The translations under genes were made by a program, and so were the position numbers. From Candidatus Latescibacterota bacterium (GTDB taxonomy: Bacteria; Latescibacterota; UBA2968; GCA-2709665), in assembly GCA_965226795.1 (NCBI GenBank), contig CBDDDZ010000005.1, positions 2,688,001 through 2,752,000 of the forward strand: DNA of 64,000 nucleotides, in the 5' to 3' direction. Under the pieces are notes generated by a model. It did not search any database. It was given only the letters and a program-made list of their open reading frames with translations, and had not been told where the DNA came from. Positions within the stretch are counted from its first letter, which is position 1; each line of letters opens with the position of its first letter. This document shows, one piece after another, positions 21,002-31,614 of the stretch.

Positions 21002-22228
21002 TTATCCCCCTTCAAACAACCCCTCATTTGCGATCACCTCCAACGCCTCGCCCATCGCACGGACGGCCTCATCAATATCCGCCTCGGAGTGCGAGAAATT
21101 GGTATAGCAGACCGAATAGATAATGATCCCCCGCTTCAGCACTTCCTCGTTGAACCTGAGAAACAGCCGGCCCGCGTCCGGATGATCGAATACCAGTTGC
21201 CCGACGGGAGACGCTCCCACGAAGCGCGCCGGCAGGCCTAATCGCCTGCTGTGGGCATTAAAGCCTTCGTGAAGCTGTTCACCGCGCTTCCACAGCATGC
21301 CGATCACATCCTCCCGTTCATACACGTCAAGCACCGCCCGTGCCGCGGCCAGCCCGAGCGTGTCCCCTCCGAAGGTGGAAGATACGACGCAATCTTTCAC
21401 CGTCTCCATCACCGCCGCATTCCCCACAAAACAGGACAGCGGCACACCGTTCGACAGGCCCTTGGCGAACACCGCCAGGTCGGGGACCACCTCGAAATAC
21501 TCCTGCGCGCCGGCGCGCCGCAGGCGGAACCCTGTAACGATTTCGTCGAATATGAGGACTGCGCCGTGCTGCTTCGTTAACGTACGCAATTCCCTCAGAA
21601 AGGACCGCCCCTGTTCAATTTCCGCATACGCGCAAGCCACGCTTACGGCCGCAATCTCACCCGGTGCAGCTTCGAACGCCTCGGCATACGGCCCGATGTC
21701 ACCCCACGGCAACGCCCTGTAGGTTTGCCGTGTCGCCTCCGGCACGCCGCTACGAGCCATCGTGTTGACCCAACCATGATACCCGCAGGTCAGGACGAGT
21801 TCCCGTTCCGTAAACGCCCTCGAAAGCCGATGCGCGGCCGCCATCGCCTCGCCGCCTGTCTTCAGGAATCGAACCCGCTCCGCGCACGGCAACACGTCGA
21901 CCAGCCGCTGTGCGACCTCGACCTCCAGGGGGTGGGGATAGCTGAACACGATGCCACTTTCCAGTTGCGCTCTGACGGCCTCATCGACCGCCGGAAACCG
22001 ATACCCCAGGGTTATGGGTCCCAGGCCGTTTCTGAAATCGATATATTCGTTGCCATCGGCATCCCACACCCGGCATCCGTCACCGCGAACCAGGTAGCAC
22101 GGCTCCACGCCGCGCAACGCCTCTCTCGGCGCCTTGGAATGTGTCTGCGTACCCATCGGGATGACCGTCTGGGCCAGGTCGTACAGCTCCCACGAGCGGG
22201 CAACCGACCGCTCAACCACCGTTGCCAT
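21002..22228 (-). CDS. Class III aminotransferase (glutamate-1-semialdehyde aminomutase-like)
   Basis: DADGNEYID, RFLKTGGEA, LIFDEIVTGFR, FAKGLSNG. Confidence 0.9.
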   Translation of the reverse strand: MATVVERSVARSWELYDLAQTVIPMGTQTHSKAPREALRGVEPCYLVRGDGCRVWDADGNEYIDFRNGLGPITLGYRFPAVDEAVRAQLESGIVFSYPHPLEVEVAQRLVDVLPCAERVRFLKTGGEAMAAAHRLSRAFTERELVLTCGYHGWVNTMARSGVPEATRQTYRALPWGDIGPYAEAFEAAPGEIAAVSVACAYAEIEQGRSFLRELRTLTKQHGAVLIFDEIVTGFRLRRAGAQEYFEVVPDLAVFAKGLSNGVPLSCFVGNAAVMETVKDCVVSSTFGGDTLGLAAARAVLDVYEREDVIGMLWKRGEQLHEGFNAHSRRLGLPARFVGASPVGQLVFDHPDAGRLFLRFNEEVLKRGIIIYSVCYTNFSHSEADIDEAVRAMGEALEVIANEGLFEGG

Positions 22229-22310
22229 GATTTACCTCCTGAAGGAATCCTTCCCCGGGCTTCGAATGAGGAGAATATTCGGGGCGACCCGTTGTCCCCC
22301 GCACTGCGGA

Positions 22311-24278
22311 TCAATACCCGTGAATCGAATGCCCGCCACCCGGAAACCAAATCATATCCACAACCAACGAAACCCCCACGCCCGTGGAATAACCCACCAG
22401 CACGCCGAGGAAAAACGGCACGTAACGGCGGTAGAGCGCTGCCCCTCCAATTCGCAGTATGAGGAATTTGATTGCCCAGGCCAGAAAAACCGAAAACACG
22501 GTATACCGTACAGACGTCCCCGTACCGGCCAGCGCGAATCCAACGGGGTGGAAGGGCCACCACGGAAACCGATACTTCAGAAACGTCAACAAAGACATCA
22601 CCGCGGCGCCGATGCCAAACAGGCTCAGCTGCAAACGGTCGGGCGGCTCCGGGTTGTTCATCTGGGTCAACACGCCGGCAAAGCCTGACTTGCTATAGCG
22701 GGTGAACGGATAGTCGTTGAAATTAAAGGCCCCGTAAGTATAACCAAGGTATAACGTGAACAGGATCGAGAAGACACATCCCACGCCGAACGCCAACAAC
22801 ACCGCCGCAAGTACACGCCGCCGCCCGTCTGCGGGGCACACGTCCGCCAGTTTGGCGCCGTGCATAACCGACGGCATGAACAGACCCTTTCCGTAGGACG
22901 CGACGCCATTCGTGAATGCAAGCGTAGTCAGACTGGACCCGGACAGATTCTGCGACCCGAACAACGACGTGACAAACCGTTGCGGCCCTACAGGCATGCT
23001 GATGAATACCAGACCGACGTCGGAAACGATGCGCGATACGCCCAGATATAGGATGAAAGTCGCCAAAACGAACGCAAACGCCAGGCCAAGACTCATGCCG
23101 GCCTGCCACCACCAGAAAACGGCGAACAGTGCGGACACAATCAGCCCGAACACTGCCGTCCTGAACGACATCATTTCATCTTTCTCATCCAGCGGTGCTG
23201 CCCTCCCAAGTGCCTTCATAAGTACCAGTTTCAAGTGGTTCCTTGACGTCCAGAGTCCCCATCCCACCATTGCAAAAAAGGCGCCCAGGGGCAACCACTG
23301 GAAATCTTCCGACGCGTGCGCCCACGAACTGGCGTTATATCCGAGCCGGTTCAGAATACCGCTTCGAATGATGAACAACAGATCAAAAAACCAGAGACTG
23401 AACAACACGTCGATATTGGCAAAATAGCAGAACGAAATCGTAAACATATTGATTCGCGTCCACAATCCCGGGAAATATCGTTCGAACTTGATCCATGGAC
23501 CCCAGCGGATATTCGGAATCTGCGGAAAGCCGGGAACGAAATAATCGATCATATTCCAGGCCAGAATGCCAAACGCAACCGCGAATCCGATCCAGAAAAG
23601 CCGAGGGAAATCGGATGTCTCGGTGCGGGCCGTAAGGTCAGTTAGCGGGCGCAAAATCGGAAATGAAAGACGTTCACTCTCCACCCACTGCTTGCGCAAA
23701 ATCACCGCCAGGCAGACCGAACCAAAAAACAGCGCGGTAATCAGCCCCATCCAGCAAACCACCGGCACGAACCAGACGTTCCAGGGAATGGAGTCGCCAG
23801 GTGGCAATCCTTCGAACAGATAATTCAATGTGCCGTTTGTGTTCCTTGGTGCCAGCCAATGCGGAATATAGGGATGGAAGAACTCTCCCCATTGATTCTC
23901 CGGCGTCGCAAAATAGAACGGCGCAGCAATTGCCCCCAGGAAATACCCTGTCAGACCCACCGAAGGAATGGCGCCGCCGACGAGACCGCCCGCCAGCACC
24001 ACCAGCAGTTCTGTTGACGATAGCGCAAATCGACGCGCGAGTAACCGGCACAGCGGATTCAGTCCCAGGGCAAGCAGGAGGTAGAGCAACAGAGTACCCA
24101 TTGGAAAATGACTCAACGTCAATCGCGACGCATGGACAACGTACTCCACGTAATTCACCACGAGATTCACACCGACCGCCAGACCCCCGGCCATGAAAAC
24201 GCTACGTAGCGTCACCGCCTGCCTGTGAGTCTGCGACACGGAATCTGTGGTCGGAACAACATTCGAAGCCTCGGCCAC
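22311..24278 (-). CDS. Polytopic OPT-like membrane protein (DUF6785/DUF6784-type putative transporter)
   Basis: Many hydrophobic helices; LRKQWVESERLSFP and PWWPFHPVGF motifs. Confidence 0.75.
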   Translation of the reverse strand: MAEASNVVPTTDSVSQTHRQAVTLRSVFMAGGLAVGVNLVVNYVEYVVHASRLTLSHFPMGTLLLYLLLALGLNPLCRLLARRFALSSTELLVVLAGGLVGGAIPSVGLTGYFLGAIAAPFYFATPENQWGEFFHPYIPHWLAPRNTNGTLNYLFEGLPPGDSIPWNVWFVPVVCWMGLITALFFGSVCLAVILRKQWVESERLSFPILRPLTDLTARTETSDFPRLFWIGFAVAFGILAWNMIDYFVPGFPQIPNIRWGPWIKFERYFPGLWTRINMFTISFCYFANIDVLFSLWFFDLLFIIRSGILNRLGYNASSWAHASEDFQWLPLGAFFAMVGWGLWTSRNHLKLVLMKALGRAAPLDEKDEMMSFRTAVFGLIVSALFAVFWWWQAGMSLGLAFAFVLATFILYLGVSRIVSDVGLVFISMPVGPQRFVTSLFGSQNLSGSSLTTLAFTNGVASYGKGLFMPSVMHGAKLADVCPADGRRRVLAAVLLAFGVGCVFSILFTLYLGYTYGAFNFNDYPFTRYSKSGFAGVLTQMNNPEPPDRLQLSLFGIGAAVMSLLTFLKYRFPWWPFHPVGFALAGTGTSVRYTVFSVFLAWAIKFLILRIGGAALYRRYVPFFLGVLVGYSTGVGVSLVVDMIWFPGGGHSIHGY

Positions 24279-24366
24279 TACGCACGTCCTTCCGTTTTAA
24301 CGTTCCCACACGAGCGAACACGCCATCCCGGGGTCCATCCCCGCCCGCCAACACCGGCTTATCACA

Positions 24367-24395
24367 AATATAAGACTTACAGCCAACTCCAGCAA
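24367..24395 (-). promoter_or_regulatory. Putative promoter TTGCTG-17-TATATT(TG)
   Basis: Read directly, about 90 nt upstream of the transporter start. Confidence 0.5.
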
Positions 24396-24568
24396 TGCCG
24401 ACCGAAATGGGCGGGTGATCCTTCTATCGAGGCCCTCGGGGTAGAGCCCGTGCACATCGAGATTGAGGTAACCCGGGGGGAGGTCTATGCCATTCGAGGT
24501 AATTTCACAATCAGTACATCAAATCCGGCCGTCGTGACCGCTGCAGGATGCACCCTTGCACGACCCGA

Positions 24569-26170
24569 CTAAACGCCAGCCGCCCACGTGTTTCCGCCCG
24601 CCCGCACCTTTCCCGCCGACTTCAGAAATTCCGCGCAATGCGCGCCTCCCGCCACCCCCCCGACCACATCCAATTCGTGCCCCATCTCAAGCAGACCATC
24701 CCGAATGGACTCGGCGAGAGATCTCGTCACCATCAGGGGCTCCTCCATCTGGACGTGCATCCGGGGGCCGGACACCGCCTCCCAGGAAGTTGCGCCGAAA
24801 TCCACGATTTTCTGCGCGAACCGCGCATTTACACTCACAAGCCGGCGCCCTCCGGGCAACCCCGCCGCGACGTCGCGGTCCGGCAGGCGGATCATCAGCG
24901 GGGCCGTATTGTTCAGCGGCCGTTTTCCCGGCGCCACTGAATTCTTGCGTCCGGGCCGCGGATCCAGCCGGCACATCCCGTGCCCCAGAATCAACCCCGT
25001 ACCGGGCACCGTGACCACGGAGCCGAATGCGCCGCCCTGCGAAATCGTCACTGAAGCCACGTTGCCTTCCACGTCCGCCGCGGAAACATGGAGCGTTCCG
25101 GCTGTCGAATCCCCCTCGGGCTTCGGGGACCGTTGGTCTACGCAATCCGGAAACTGCCGCACCGACTCCACGCGTCCTGCCGCGTAGTCTTTGCTCAAGA
25201 GCCGCTGGACCTGAACATCCACGTGATCCGGATCACCCAGATACAGCAGGCGATCGCGCCAGGCCAATTTTAGTACTTCGGCCAGCCGGTGCCAGTACGT
25301 CACCGTATTTTCCGGCACTGGCTCGAAGCATTCCAGCATATTCAGGACCTGGAGGGCCGTCAGCCCACCGTTCGGCAATATCGCCGCATTAGACGTACGT
25401 GGTCTCGTAAGGCGCCGTCACACGCGGCTCATAGCGCGCCATATCCTCCCTGGTAAGCGCGCCCCCCGTAAGGCTGACGTGATCCGCGATCTTCCGCCCG
25501 ATCTCCCCATCGTAGAAGTCCCGCCACCCCGCCTCACACGCACGCGTCAACGACTTCTCCATGTCCCGCCTGTGCCAGACGTCGTCCGGTGCGGGCAAAC
25601 GCCCTTCCGGCATCAAATGCTTCTCCGTTGCCTCAAACCGGCGAATGACCGCCTCCAGGTTCCGAATCGCGCCCGCGGTGGAGCCAAAAGGAAATCCATT
25701 CTCCAGCAACGTCAGGGCCGGCGCCACGATATCCGACCACTTCAACCGGCCCCAGCGCTCCCACAATACCCCCATCCCGGCCATCATTCCGGGCGGACCC
25801 ACCGCCCGCGGTCCGTGCACATTGGCGTTGTCCGTACGGAACAGAGAAATTCGTTCTCGTTGATTCCCTTCGGCCCGTCCTGCATCGGCATCAAATCGTA
25901 CATCGTCTCACTCGCCGACGCGGGCGCGATGGAGTTGCCATCCAGAGACCATACTTTCCCGGAGCGACCGTCCAGCACCAGTGCGCACAGCACGTACCCC
26001 ATCACGCCCGTGGACTGCGGCTGCAGCATACAGCAGGCCATACTGGTCGCCGCCGCCGCGTCCATCGCGTTTCCACCCTGCTCGAATATCCGCGCCCCCA
26101 CCCTGGCCGCTTCTTCGGGGCCGGCCGCGACGGCGCCTCTGGACGTGAGGATTTCCGTTCCTTCAATCAT
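24569..26170 (-). pseudogene. ggt: Gamma-glutamyltransferase family gene broken by two frameshifts
   Basis: Three consecutive ORFs carry GGNAMDAA, FYDGEIG...GGALTREDM and GTLHVSAAD...PGKRP...PRMH; frame breaks at about 25832 and 25390. Confidence 0.88.
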
Positions 26171-26272
26171 CCGTTTCCTCCATGGGAATTGCGGACCGCC
26201 ATTTCGGCCGTAGGCCGCGGTGTCCAACGTCTACGGTAGACGGACAGCGTCAGGGTTTGTCCCGTAGGACTA

Positions 26273-27490
26273 TTACAAACCGGCTGCGACCTTGTTAATT
26301 GCGGCCGCGATGTCACGGATGTCCGACTCTTCCATGTGTTCATGGATCCCTCGTACCGCGACCGTCCGCAAACCAGCTACGGCCTGAGGGGTTGTATCGG
26401 GTCCATAGTGGTACTCGCGGTCCGTCACCCCGCAGGTGAATGGGCATCCGCTATTTCCGTAGGTGATCTTCCCGGTCAGGTATTTCCCGCGCATGAATAT
26501 CGGGTCACCAATATAGTGCGCTCCTACCGCGACCCCCTCGGCGGACACCGCCTTGCAGAACCGATCGGGATCGTGACCCGTCACATGAAATATGAAATTC
26601 CACCACGACACCTCCCGATCCGCCTCCCCGGGCACGGGTTCGATTCCCGGCGCATCCGCAATCAACTCACACAACAGCCGCCCCAGGTGGATCCGCCGCT
26701 CAACGACGACCCGCACCTTTTCCAACTGCGCCAGACCCACGGCCCCCTGCATCTCTGTCATGCGGTACGTCGGCGCCAGGAAGCCGTGGTCCCGCTCTCC
26801 CATGTATCGGTAGTCCCAACCCTTATCCGAAAACAGTTTCAGGCGAACAAACGTCTCCTCGTCGTTGGTAACGGTCATCCCGCCGTCGCCCGTCGTCATG
26901 TGTTTGGACTGCTGCAGGCTGAAACAACCGATATGTCCGAACGTCCCCACGTACCGACCCCTGAATCTGGTGGCATGGGCCTGGCTGCAATCCTCGATCA
27001 GGATAAGATTGTATCGATCCGCAATATCCACAACCGCGTCCACGTCGCATGGCCTGCCGAACAGATGCACCAGAATAATCGCCCGGGTCCGGTCCGTAAT
27101 GGCCGCCCCGATAGACCCGGGCGTCATGTTCAATGTCCTCGGATCCACGTCGGCAAAGACCGGCACGGCGTTCTGCTGCAGGATAGGCATCACGCTGCCC
27201 GGATCGGTAACGGGCGCGGTGATGATCTCATCGCCCGGTTCCGGGTTCACGGCCCCCACGGCAAGGTGGATGGCCGCCGATCCGCCGGTGGAACTCTGCG
27301 CGTACCTGACGCCGTAGAAGTCGGCAAAGCCCTTTTCGAATTCCTTCACGAACCGTCCGCTCTTGCCGAATAGATTCTGGCTGCGTACCGCTGCGATCAA
27401 CAATTCCTCTTCCCGCTGCCCGAACGGCGCCCTTTCGGGAAACGGGCTGGTTCGGACCTTCGGGCCTCCATGTATCGCAAGCTTCTCCAT
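26273..27490 (-). CDS. DegT/DnrJ/EryC1/StrS family PLP aminotransferase
   Basis: PGDEII, AVPVFADVD, LIEDCSQAH, FSLQQSKHMTTGDGG. Start moved to ATG 27490. Confidence 0.95.
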   Translation of the reverse strand: MEKLAIHGGPKVRTSPFPERAPFGQREEELLIAAVRSQNLFGKSGRFVKEFEKGFADFYGVRYAQSSTGGSAAIHLAVGAVNPEPGDEIITAPVTDPGSVMPILQQNAVPVFADVDPRTLNMTPGSIGAAITDRTRAIILVHLFGRPCDVDAVVDIADRYNLILIEDCSQAHATRFRGRYVGTFGHIGCFSLQQSKHMTTGDGGMTVTNDEETFVRLKLFSDKGWDYRYMGERDHGFLAPTYRMTEMQGAVGLAQLEKVRVVVERRIHLGRLLCELIADAPGIEPVPGEADREVSWWNFIFHVTGHDPDRFCKAVSAEGVAVGAHYIGDPIFMRGKYLTGKITYGNSGCPFTCGVTDREYHYGPDTTPQAVAGLRTVAVRGIHEHMEESDIRDIAAAINKVAAGL

Positions 27491-27508
27491 TTTCGCTCCA
27501 ACAAAAGA

Positions 27509-27589
27509 AGAATCCAGAAGCTGGAAATCAGAATCCGGAAGGAAAACCGGGTTTTCTTCCAAATCCTGACTCTCGACTCCTGGATTTCT
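27509..27589. repeat. Imperfect palindrome of about 80 bp built from 7-nt units
   Basis: Left arm AGAATCC-AGAAGCT-GGAAATC-AGAATCC-GGAAGGA matches the reverse complement of the right arm, differing mostly by transitions. Confidence 0.7.
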
Positions 27590-27639
27590 AAATGGTGCGC
27601 CGCCCTATCCTCCTCCATCCCAATCCACGATTCCCGTCC

Positions 27640-30057
27640 TTACCGTTCCAACCGGAACAAGACCTCCTTCTCCGCCTCCGCGTTGCCGTTCTGATCCACG
27701 ATGCGAACCGTCAGCCGGTTCACGCCGGATTTGGCGTTCCCGAGATCCATCTCGAAATATTCCTGCAGATCCGTTTCCTCCCGGACCTGCTCCGTGGATA
27801 CCGACACCTCGGGGTTGCGTTCGCCCCTGCGGAAGAGCGCGCCCGCGCCCGCCCAGAGACGTCCGAACGTACCGCCCTTCTCCGGCATCGAGTGGATTGT
27901 ATAATGCAACGTAAACCGGCTCTGATCGAACGTGTCCGGCTTCAACCCGTAGGCTTCGTAATACACGAACGGGTGCTGGTTCATCCGATAGGTCTTGGTC
28001 GTCATCGGAATCACCCAGATACCGCCCCCCTTGGCGTATTTCTCCAGGCCGCCCTCCGTCGAGACCTGAAACCCCAATTCCAGGCCGCTCAACTTCAACG
28101 TATCGCGGGAATAGTCCTCCACCTCGAGACGTTCTTTGTAAATGCCCGAATGGCCGGAAACCAGATCCTTGACCTGAACGCGCAGATCGTACGTGCCCGG
28201 GCTCGCGTCCAGCGCAAGCTGATTCGGAATAAAGGTTCCTTTCCCCGTATATAGTTCCTTCGACGTGCGCAATACCAGTTCCTCACTATCCTGCAGCGTC
28301 TGGCCGGTTTCCGTATCGAACAGGGCGATCGCGCACCCCATCTGGACCACGGGTTGCTCTTCTGATTCCGACTCTCTCAGACTTCGCGGCGGAATACCGT
28401 AATAGACCTCCACCCGCGTCTTGCCATTGGATCCTCGAAACGTCGCCCGATCGTAGTAAAAATCCAGAAATGCCTCGCGGCCGCCCGGCAGATAGTGCTC
28501 GGGCATCTGCCGGATGCTCCTGTTCATCACCATTGCCGGCGAGAATTTCACGAACCGGCTTGTCCGTCGCAACGCGCCCTCGTCGAAATCCGCCGCGGGC
28601 ACGGGCGCAAAATCAAACTTCCCGCCACCCCACTCGTTGGTAAACACCACCTCGATTCCCCCGGCGACGCCGGTATACACCCAGGATTCCCACTTTATGA
28701 AGGACATGAAATCCCCACCCGCCGCCTGCGTCCGGTTCGGCGACAGCGTCACCTCGTAGTTGTCTCCGTCCAGCGCCGACATATCGGCCGGCGCCAGCGG
28801 TTCGTCGATCAGCGCGGGCGCCCCCAATTCTACCTCCATGGGGTCCGGCGCCGCGCCCCGATCGGTTCCCGGCGGCATTTCAAAGGGGAAATCCAGTCCC
28901 ACCTCGTGCATCCTGCGAATCGGGAATACCGGTCCCTGGCCCACCTCGGCCATGCCCAGGGGACCGTAAATATCGTACGCGACACGTTCCTTGATTCGCT
29001 CCACGGAAACCGGCATCGGCGGCGCCGCGCTGGCTGACGACGACCGGTAATCCGGAGCGCCGTACCGCATATAGACCTCTCCCCGCCGGTCCCACGGGTG
29101 GGCCATCTCAGAGAAACCAGTCCTGGAATACCACACCCGGCGATAGTGCTCCAGCTTGCGTTCATTCACCGCAGTCATCAGATCCGGGTCCCTCACCGAC
29201 CAGAACCTTACCAGATACTCCCGCCGCGCCGCCGGATCATGCGCCGTCGCCCGGTAAGCGAGGAGTTCTTCCCTGGATGCGATCAGACTCACGTCCTGAT
29301 ACAACTGGCGTTCCTCCGGCGGCATCTTTGAAAATCCACGGCCGTAATATTGCATTGCCAGGTCCAGTGCCATCCGGCTCGCACAGGCCTGCGCCACCAC
29401 CGGCAACAACAACGCTTCGTCCGTTGCCACCTCCAGGGAATCCAGCGCCTGCGAGGGTAATTCCCCAAGAACCCCCGTCCGAACATATGCAGTGACCACT
29501 GCACGGAGTACCGCCGGATCTCGGGTCGGATCCACCGATAGGGAACGGACGTACGTGTCGACCGACCTGCCGTAGTCCTCTATATCGGAATATAACCGCC
29601 CCAGAAGCCGGTGGACCAATTCGAAGTCAGGCGCAAGCGCGGCTGCCCGCGACGCATGGTAGATCGTCTGCTCGGAAAATCTCCCTTTTTCTCCCTCGGC
29701 CGTCCCAGACCGATAGGACGCCAGCGCCATGCCGAAATGCGCCGCCGAAAAATCGTCGTTCTGCGAAAGGGCCGACTGGAACGCCTCCCTGGCAGCCTTC
29801 AGATCCGCCTTCAGCAACCGGGCGTACCCGATCCGAGTATTGTGACCAGCCGGATCCCCCACCAATTGCGGCCAGTACACCCGCACGGCACGCTGCACCT
29901 CCCAGTCAGTTTCAGAGACAGCCGTTGAGTCCACGGCCGGGTCCGGCGCTCCTTGTCCGGCTCGGACAGGGTGATTTCCCATCAGCAGAAGGGTCAATCC
30001 CGCGAGCCAGAGAACCATCCTGCGTGTTCGAATCCGGTGCATTGTCATCGTCCTCAT
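27640..30057 (-). CDS. Secreted TPR + GWxTD-domain protein (paralog 2)
   Basis: Signal peptide, TPRs, FWSVRDPD..VNERKLEHYRRV..PWDRRGEVYMRYGAPD; C-terminal half collinear with 17173-20922. Confidence 0.85.
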   Translation of the reverse strand: MRTMTMHRIRTRRMVLWLAGLTLLLMGNHPVRAGQGAPDPAVDSTAVSETDWEVQRAVRVYWPQLVGDPAGHNTRIGYARLLKADLKAAREAFQSALSQNDDFSAAHFGMALASYRSGTAEGEKGRFSEQTIYHASRAAALAPDFELVHRLLGRLYSDIEDYGRSVDTYVRSLSVDPTRDPAVLRAVVTAYVRTGVLGELPSQALDSLEVATDEALLLPVVAQACASRMALDLAMQYYGRGFSKMPPEERQLYQDVSLIASREELLAYRATAHDPAARREYLVRFWSVRDPDLMTAVNERKLEHYRRVWYSRTGFSEMAHPWDRRGEVYMRYGAPDYRSSSASAAPPMPVSVERIKERVAYDIYGPLGMAEVGQGPVFPIRRMHEVGLDFPFEMPPGTDRGAAPDPMEVELGAPALIDEPLAPADMSALDGDNYEVTLSPNRTQAAGGDFMSFIKWESWVYTGVAGGIEVVFTNEWGGGKFDFAPVPAADFDEGALRRTSRFVKFSPAMVMNRSIRQMPEHYLPGGREAFLDFYYDRATFRGSNGKTRVEVYYGIPPRSLRESESEEQPVVQMGCAIALFDTETGQTLQDSEELVLRTSKELYTGKGTFIPNQLALDASPGTYDLRVQVKDLVSGHSGIYKERLEVEDYSRDTLKLSGLELGFQVSTEGGLEKYAKGGGIWVIPMTTKTYRMNQHPFVYYEAYGLKPDTFDQSRFTLHYTIHSMPEKGGTFGRLWAGAGALFRRGERNPEVSVSTEQVREETDLQEYFEMDLGNAKSGVNRLTVRIVDQNGNAEAEKEVLFRLER

Positions 30058-30210
30058 TACGAATTGACCCCAATACGTTTGACCGCACCCGTCTTCTCAG
30101 AGGCGCAGCAGCGGGAAACGTCGTTCTCTTTCCAATAACATTTGGATGCTCATAGGCAGAAATGGTTGCAGAAAATTCGCCAACCGCCGTCCGAACCGTT
30201 CATACGATGC

Positions 30211-30237
30211 CAACGGACGCAACGAACGCAACGAACG
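30211..30237. repeat. Three tandem 9-mers CAACG(G/A)ACG
   Basis: caacggacg-caacgaacg-caacgaacg in intergenic DNA. Confidence 0.6.
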
Positions 30238-30482
30238 TCATTGAGCCGTGAACAGGATCCATACCCGGCACACAGGACGGGACCCCGAGCCTGTGTCCCG
30301 TTAGCCTTGACCTGAGCCGCTACCTGAGTGTGTCGAAGGATTGTCGAAAGGCACCGGAACGGCTGGCGAAACGCGGGCGCTTCGGCAAGCCCAGTGCTGC
30401 TGATTGAAACCACGATGCCAATTCTCAGGCTTTCCGGTACCGACGACGTTTTCTCCCTAGCCCAGGCAACATCGCTCAGCAC

Positions 30483-30518
30483 AATAAGAAAGGGGGACGA
30501 TCCTGCGGATCGCCCCCC
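30483..30518 (-). terminator. Rho-independent terminator of the TBDT-PorV operon
   Basis: Minus strand reads GGGGGGCGATCC-GCA-GGATCGTCCCCC then TTTCTTATT, 22 nt after the PorV stop. Confidence 0.8.
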
Positions 30519-30540
30519 GGATTTGCAGCGATTCCCACCC

Positions 30541-31584
30541 TTAGAACGTGCCGCCCACGGACAGACGCAGGGGCGGTTCGAAAATACCCAGATCAGGGTT
30601 GTGGTAGGAGAGATCCACCGTGATCAACTGACCGCCAGCCAATTCGTGCTTGAGACCCGCCCCGACGCTCCAGCTTTCGAGAGCCGAATGCGTCCGGTAA
30701 CCCGCGCGAAGCGCCAACGTGTTTTCCAGCCAGAGTTCCCCGCCCACGCGGGTAATCGGCCGGAAGTCGGTAACGAACTCGTGCTCGAGCGAAAACGTGA
30801 AGAAGCCCGGATCGCCCTTCTGACCGAATATCTCCATCGCTCCGCCAAGGGAGTACGTGGTGGGCATGGCGGCCGTGAAACCGCCCTCGGTCACCTTCAC
30901 ATTCGGACCCAGGTTCCGGAAACTCATGGCAATCCGGCTGCTGCGATATCCGGTGTAAAAGTGGGTGCCGATGTTGTAGTCGATGGTGGACACCTTCTCC
31001 AGGTAGAGATCTTCCTGCATCCAGCGGATCTGACCGCCCAGCATAAATTTATCGGTCATCTTTTTCGCAAAAACCGCGCCAACGGCAATATCGCCCACCT
31101 GCGCCTTGGTGCCCGTACCCCAAGGCGCCGACGGCGTGGTGACATCGAATTCTTCCGCCGTAAAACTGGTCACTGTAAATCCGATGACCCCGAACCCGGC
31201 ATTGAATGCCAGCGCGCCGGAAACCAGCGAGGAATTGGCCAGCCAGCGGGTATAGTTCAGTGTATAGGCCACGTTTTCGATGTGCCCCAGGCCGGAGGCG
31301 TTCCAGAAGGCGGCCGAAATGTCATCCGCCATGGCCGTATAAGCACCGCCCATGGCCTCGGCGCGGGCTCCCTGGCCGATCTTGAGGAAGGGGAATTCCG
31401 AGAGCCCAACCCGTTCAGCCCACAGGCCCCAGGCCTTGTCTACGTTCTCCATCTTCGGATCGATCAACGCCCCTTTGCGCGTCTCGGCACCGGGCGCCGG
31501 CTGCTCAACCGCCAACGCCGGCTTCACGGAAAGGAGAGCGACGGTCACGAGGACCAACCCCAAGATGATCCATCCTTTTTTCAT
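30541..31584 (-). CDS. PorV/PorQ family (FadL-like) outer membrane protein
   Basis: Signal peptide; FLKIGQGARAEAMGGAYTAMADDISAAFWNASGL signature; LRAGY; terminal Phe. Confidence 0.9.
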   Translation of the reverse strand: MKKGWIILGLVLVTVALLSVKPALAVEQPAPGAETRKGALIDPKMENVDKAWGLWAERVGLSEFPFLKIGQGARAEAMGGAYTAMADDISAAFWNASGLGHIENVAYTLNYTRWLANSSLVSGALAFNAGFGVIGFTVTSFTAEEFDVTTPSAPWGTGTKAQVGDIAVGAVFAKKMTDKFMLGGQIRWMQEDLYLEKVSTIDYNIGTHFYTGYRSSRIAMSFRNLGPNVKVTEGGFTAAMPTTYSLGGAMEIFGQKGDPGFFTFSLEHEFVTDFRPITRVGGELWLENTLALRAGYRTHSALESWSVGAGLKHELAGGQLITVDLSYHNPDLGIFEPPLRLSVGGTF

Positions 31585-31614
31585 AGCGATTCTCCTTAAA
31601 CGTCGCGAGGTTCG

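Noticed and set aside
21002..22228. Calling the class III aminotransferase hemL
   Set aside because: No heme-pathway context and divergent motifs; left at family level.
24420..24490. SIEALGVEPVHIEIEVTRG, weakly like the N-terminus of ComM/YifB
   Set aside because: Too short, no start or RBS; could be chance.
25380..25840. Programmed frameshifting or a natural two-subunit split of GGT
   Set aside because: No slippery heptamer is visible, and the breaks do not coincide with the autocleavage site.
30328..31599. 423-aa plus-strand ORF, and similar shadows at 7529-8671, 26336-27373, 51049-52131 and 55396-56622
   Set aside because: Each overlaps a well-supported gene on the opposite strand and has no recognisable domain.
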